Shown here in pieces: positions 60,332 to 64,000 of a stretch of 64,000 bases of DNA (the stretch's first letter is position 1; each line of letters opens with the position of its first letter). The stretch lies in assembly GCA_003344405.1 (NCBI GenBank), contig NOWV01000020.1, positions 62,001 through 126,000 of the forward strand. Reading direction: 5' to 3'. Under the pieces are notes generated by a model, which saw nothing but the letters and a program-made list of their open reading frames with translations, was not told the DNA's origin and searched no databases. The DNA is from Trichoplax sp. H2. Taxonomy: Eukaryota. The position numbers and the translations under genes were made by a program.

Positions 60332-62463
60332 CAATATTTTCATAATTAATCACACCTTAATATACTTCCATGAGAACAAGTTCTAAAATTTTAGTTGGCG
60401 TACGTTAAATAAATTTGTGACGACATTATTATAAACGATTCTCGAAAAATGTCTTTGTATCCTAGCTCCTACTGAATTATACGTATGCACACAGCAAAAT
60501 AAGGCAAGCTAACCTCCAGTGTTGAATATTATGTTACATGATCATATTCATAATTATTTATGACTTTAACGCTAGAAACTAATATTGTAATTAGCAATAA
60601 TATTGAGGGATTTAAAGTTACAAGGCTCTATAATTTTAGTTTTAAATTTACTTTGACAATAATCATCCATTTCAGCTGCTAAATATCTACTTAAGATGGA
60701 TATCTCCGAAAAATAATTTTTTAATCCATATATTGTCGTTTACAAAGTTTATTAATCTATCGATTTTAAAGCTAATACTCAGGGCTGATTTAGTAAAGCT
60801 ACCTTGCACCAATTTACTCAATTCTAGCTTTCAATGATATTCAACGCTCTGTGTGGTCAACAAATTAAGACGACATCCTTGACTTGTCGTTTTCAGACCA
60901 ACGTTTGAAACTGATTTAGTACAATCGCTTTTAAGCAAGATTATTAACCTTTTGTCTGTAATAAATGTAGTATTTATACGGTTGTAGGAGTAGATTGCAT
61001 AAGTAATAGGTGGAGAGATCTAGGCTTTATGGAAATTATTCAGTTGCTACCTCTAGTGATCCATTAAGACGACATTTTTAATTAGTGATTACTACCAAGT
61101 CATTACTTAATTGAAGAAGAATAATACTTCTACAATAAAAACCTATTCATAAAGCTTCTATCTAGCAAAATGAATACCACTAGTAATGCTAATGTTGTAT
61201 TTATATATCACGCTATCTGAACGTGCTCTTGATGAATAAAATGTCATTTCAAATAGCAATTTTTATGTCGCACTGACTAATTATAACTAAAGATCTACCA
61301 GAGATAGGTAGTTTTATATTAATTTAACCTACAATATGCGACAACATTTCCATTTATAAGAGTGTCTATTTAGTAGAACGAACAAGAATGGCTAAACTGA
61401 TGTAGTATTTATAAACTAGACTATCCAATTGCCCTTGTTACGGATTAAAATATCGTTTAAAATGATATTTTTTATGTCCTACTAGACTCTTACTAAAAGT
61501 ACTACCAAACTGTAATTGATATTCGTAAAAAGAATATTTAAATTTAATCGGTAGACGCTATATCTTTGTAATTATAATCATTCCTAAAGGTTTTTGTCGA
61601 TCCATCAACTGTTTTTAAATTTCGAAATAATTCCAAATCTGACATTTTTCTATGAAGAAATAATGGCTAATTATGTACTTTAGGCTCAGTGTATTAAAAT
61701 ATGAAAAAGTTAAACATTTAATTCTACGCTGGATGCTTAAGAAATAAAAGCACTAAAGTGTCTGATTCAATATTCTAATGTATTTGTCCAGTAAAGATTA
61801 TCTGTAATATTATACTCTGAATACTTTGTTGTGATACTATGATTTCAATTCTTTTATTATGTCTATTGCTAAAAGAGTTATTAACAATATTACTTCCTGA
61901 ATACTATGTTATCATTGTAGTTTTTCGGTTTTGCAGGATATTCGTAAAAGGGTTCTTTACTAGTATTACATTTAGAGTGCTCCGTTATGGCTTTACTATT
62001 TCAGTTTGCCAGTTAATTTATATGATGGGCTTTTTTTAATATTATATTCCAAATTTTTGTTATGCTTTAGTATGGATAGCGTATTTCAACTTTCTTGTGT
62101 ACTTATACAATAGGAATTCTTAAGTCATATTATACTTTGAGGACTAGTACCGTTGTAAAAAATCTTCCTAATAATATTGAACGCCAAGAACTTAGTTCAT
62201 TTCCGTAACAATATTTCTTAATAATATTATACTTTCTGCTGCTACGTAGCAATTTCTTGTGATATTATATTCTAAGTGTTATTTTGCAATTTCAATATCA
62301 CTCGACGCAATAGCATAGTGTTTGTCATAATTAATAAAGATATGCCGTAATATAACTATTTACATTGTATGTTGGTACTCAATATCTTGTCTATAGACAA
62401 CGATTCCCTGATTAATCTTTAGTATTTTAGGCGTAGGTTTGGGATAGGACTTTCATAGCATTA

Positions 62464-63160
62464 TAGCGTATGCTACATTCTGCGATACTGCGAATACTTT
62501 ACAATTTCTTGCTAAGCTACGATTTATCCAAGCATGAAAGAGTACGATCATCTATACTTAATTTTATGTTACCAGTTACCATATTTTTAAGTTCTAGTAT
62601 AGTGATCTATTTTTAACTTTATTAACAATATGCAGACAAAATTCTGACACAATTCCTTGATCCGATTTGGCTATAAAGCAACCCCAGTCTAACGAGATTA
62701 ACCTTAATGGAAGGTGTTACAAACCCAGTAACACAAGACTTCACTTACTAAGTGTTGAGAACTCACTTTTTATTAATAGATACTTCCTTTATATACTTTT
62801 ACATGTAATTGGGTAAACAATAATATTATTCGTTAAATTATTCCGTACTAAGCAGGTTATGTCGTAACTAGTAAATATGGAGTGATCNNNNNNNNNNNNN
62901 NNNNNNNTAGCGTATGCTACATTCTGCGATACTGCGAATACTTTACAATTTCTTGCTAAGCTACGATTTATCCAAGCATGAAAGAGTACGATCATCTAAA
63001 CTTGATTTTGTGTTACCAGTTACCATATTTTTAAGTTTTAGTATAGTGATCTATTTTTAACTTTATTAACAATATGCAGACAAAATTCTGATACAATTCC
63101 TTGATCCGATTTGGCTATAAAGCAACCCCCAGTCTAACGAGATTAACCTTAATGGAAGGT
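62464..63160. repeat. Gap-flanking near-identical duplication (probable haplotype overlap)
   Basis: 62464-62715 recurs at 62908-63160 immediately after Ns at 62888-62907, with a few substitutions. Confidence 0.85.
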
Positions 63161-64000
63161 TATATTGATTATTCATGAATAATAGCTGAATGTTATCAAT
63201 TGAAATATACTAACCAAGATCTATCGTGAGATCTATAGTATGGTGGTATTGCTCTACCTTTAGACTGAGATATCTGACTTATTGACTAAAAATAAATGAA
63301 TACACTGTATTAATAATACTTATCAAGAAGGTTAGAAGCGCACAATTCCATTTTAAGAATACTATTGGGATTTACGTAAACTAAGTTATTAATTCATGAG
63401 TACTATCTTTTCAATACTACTTACAACATAATTTGATGACATACCCTTAATATAGATTGATATATTTCCAAATATATCCAATTTTACGATTGCGAAATAT
63501 CATTTCTATGACTCATTTTAATTTGATTCATTTTCAAATACCAAGAAATCACACGAAATCATACAAAAAATGAATACGGATTAATTTTACAAGCGAAGTG
63601 ATATCAAATGAATAGAATAAATTCCATTAATTACAATAAACATGAAGAAAAACATCTAGTGATTACATGATCTTTTCTTTTACTTACGATAGCCATTTCA
63701 TCACATGGTGTTCAAATTTGCAAACGTTTGGCTTAATTGCAGGCTACATTTCAGGTGTTTTTAGTTTTATTAATATTGAAAAGGGTGATTATGAATCAAA
63801 GTTTGTTTTTAAAATTGATATTAATTGTAGTTATGCAAGGTAATATCAAAAACTTTTTAGCTTTATAAATGTTGCAAGAGGTATTCTGGAAATGTGCCTA
63901 TTTTAATAACTACTATTAGTCATAGTCTTCTGAGCAAAGTCCGAGACAATATTATTAATTCTAAGGAAATTATTTATGCATGTCCTCCATAAATATGTTA

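Noticed and set aside
62400..62740. LRR-like phrase NLVRLGLLYSQIGSRNC on the minus strand
   Set aside because: One weak repeat surrounded by many stops; insufficient to call a pseudogene.

Overview
AT-rich, intron-containing animal genomic DNA. Gene content, short GT-AG introns and composition suggest a non-bilaterian such as a placozoan (Trichoplax-like), but that is inference. Five complete spliced genes were reconstructed by hand: CDKL1-like kinase (minus, 11 coding exons), a two-RRM hnRNP A/D/DAZAP1-type RNA-binding protein (minus, 4), LRRC57 (minus, 5) and two tandem SNAP-25/23 paralogs (plus, 9 each). There is also a probable first exon of an aquaglyceroporin (minus; no further exons found), two tentative decayed GPCR fragments, a 321-bp TIR element with a 6-bp TSD, several local tandem duplications and three gap-flanking duplications that look like haplotypes. 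The most striking non-genic signal is the pile-up of TA-CAG-TA / TA-CTG-TA (and TA-CGG-TA, TA-CAGTG-TA, TA-CATG-TA) units near gene 5' ends. These are present or absent at single TA sites between duplicate copies, matching Tc1/mariner-type excision footprints. Other highlights: LRRC57 next to SNAP-25 (as LRRC57 is next to SNAP23 in human), loss of synaptotagmin-interface acidic residues in the second SNAP-25 copy, and a probable 3'-UTR intron in the hnRNP gene.
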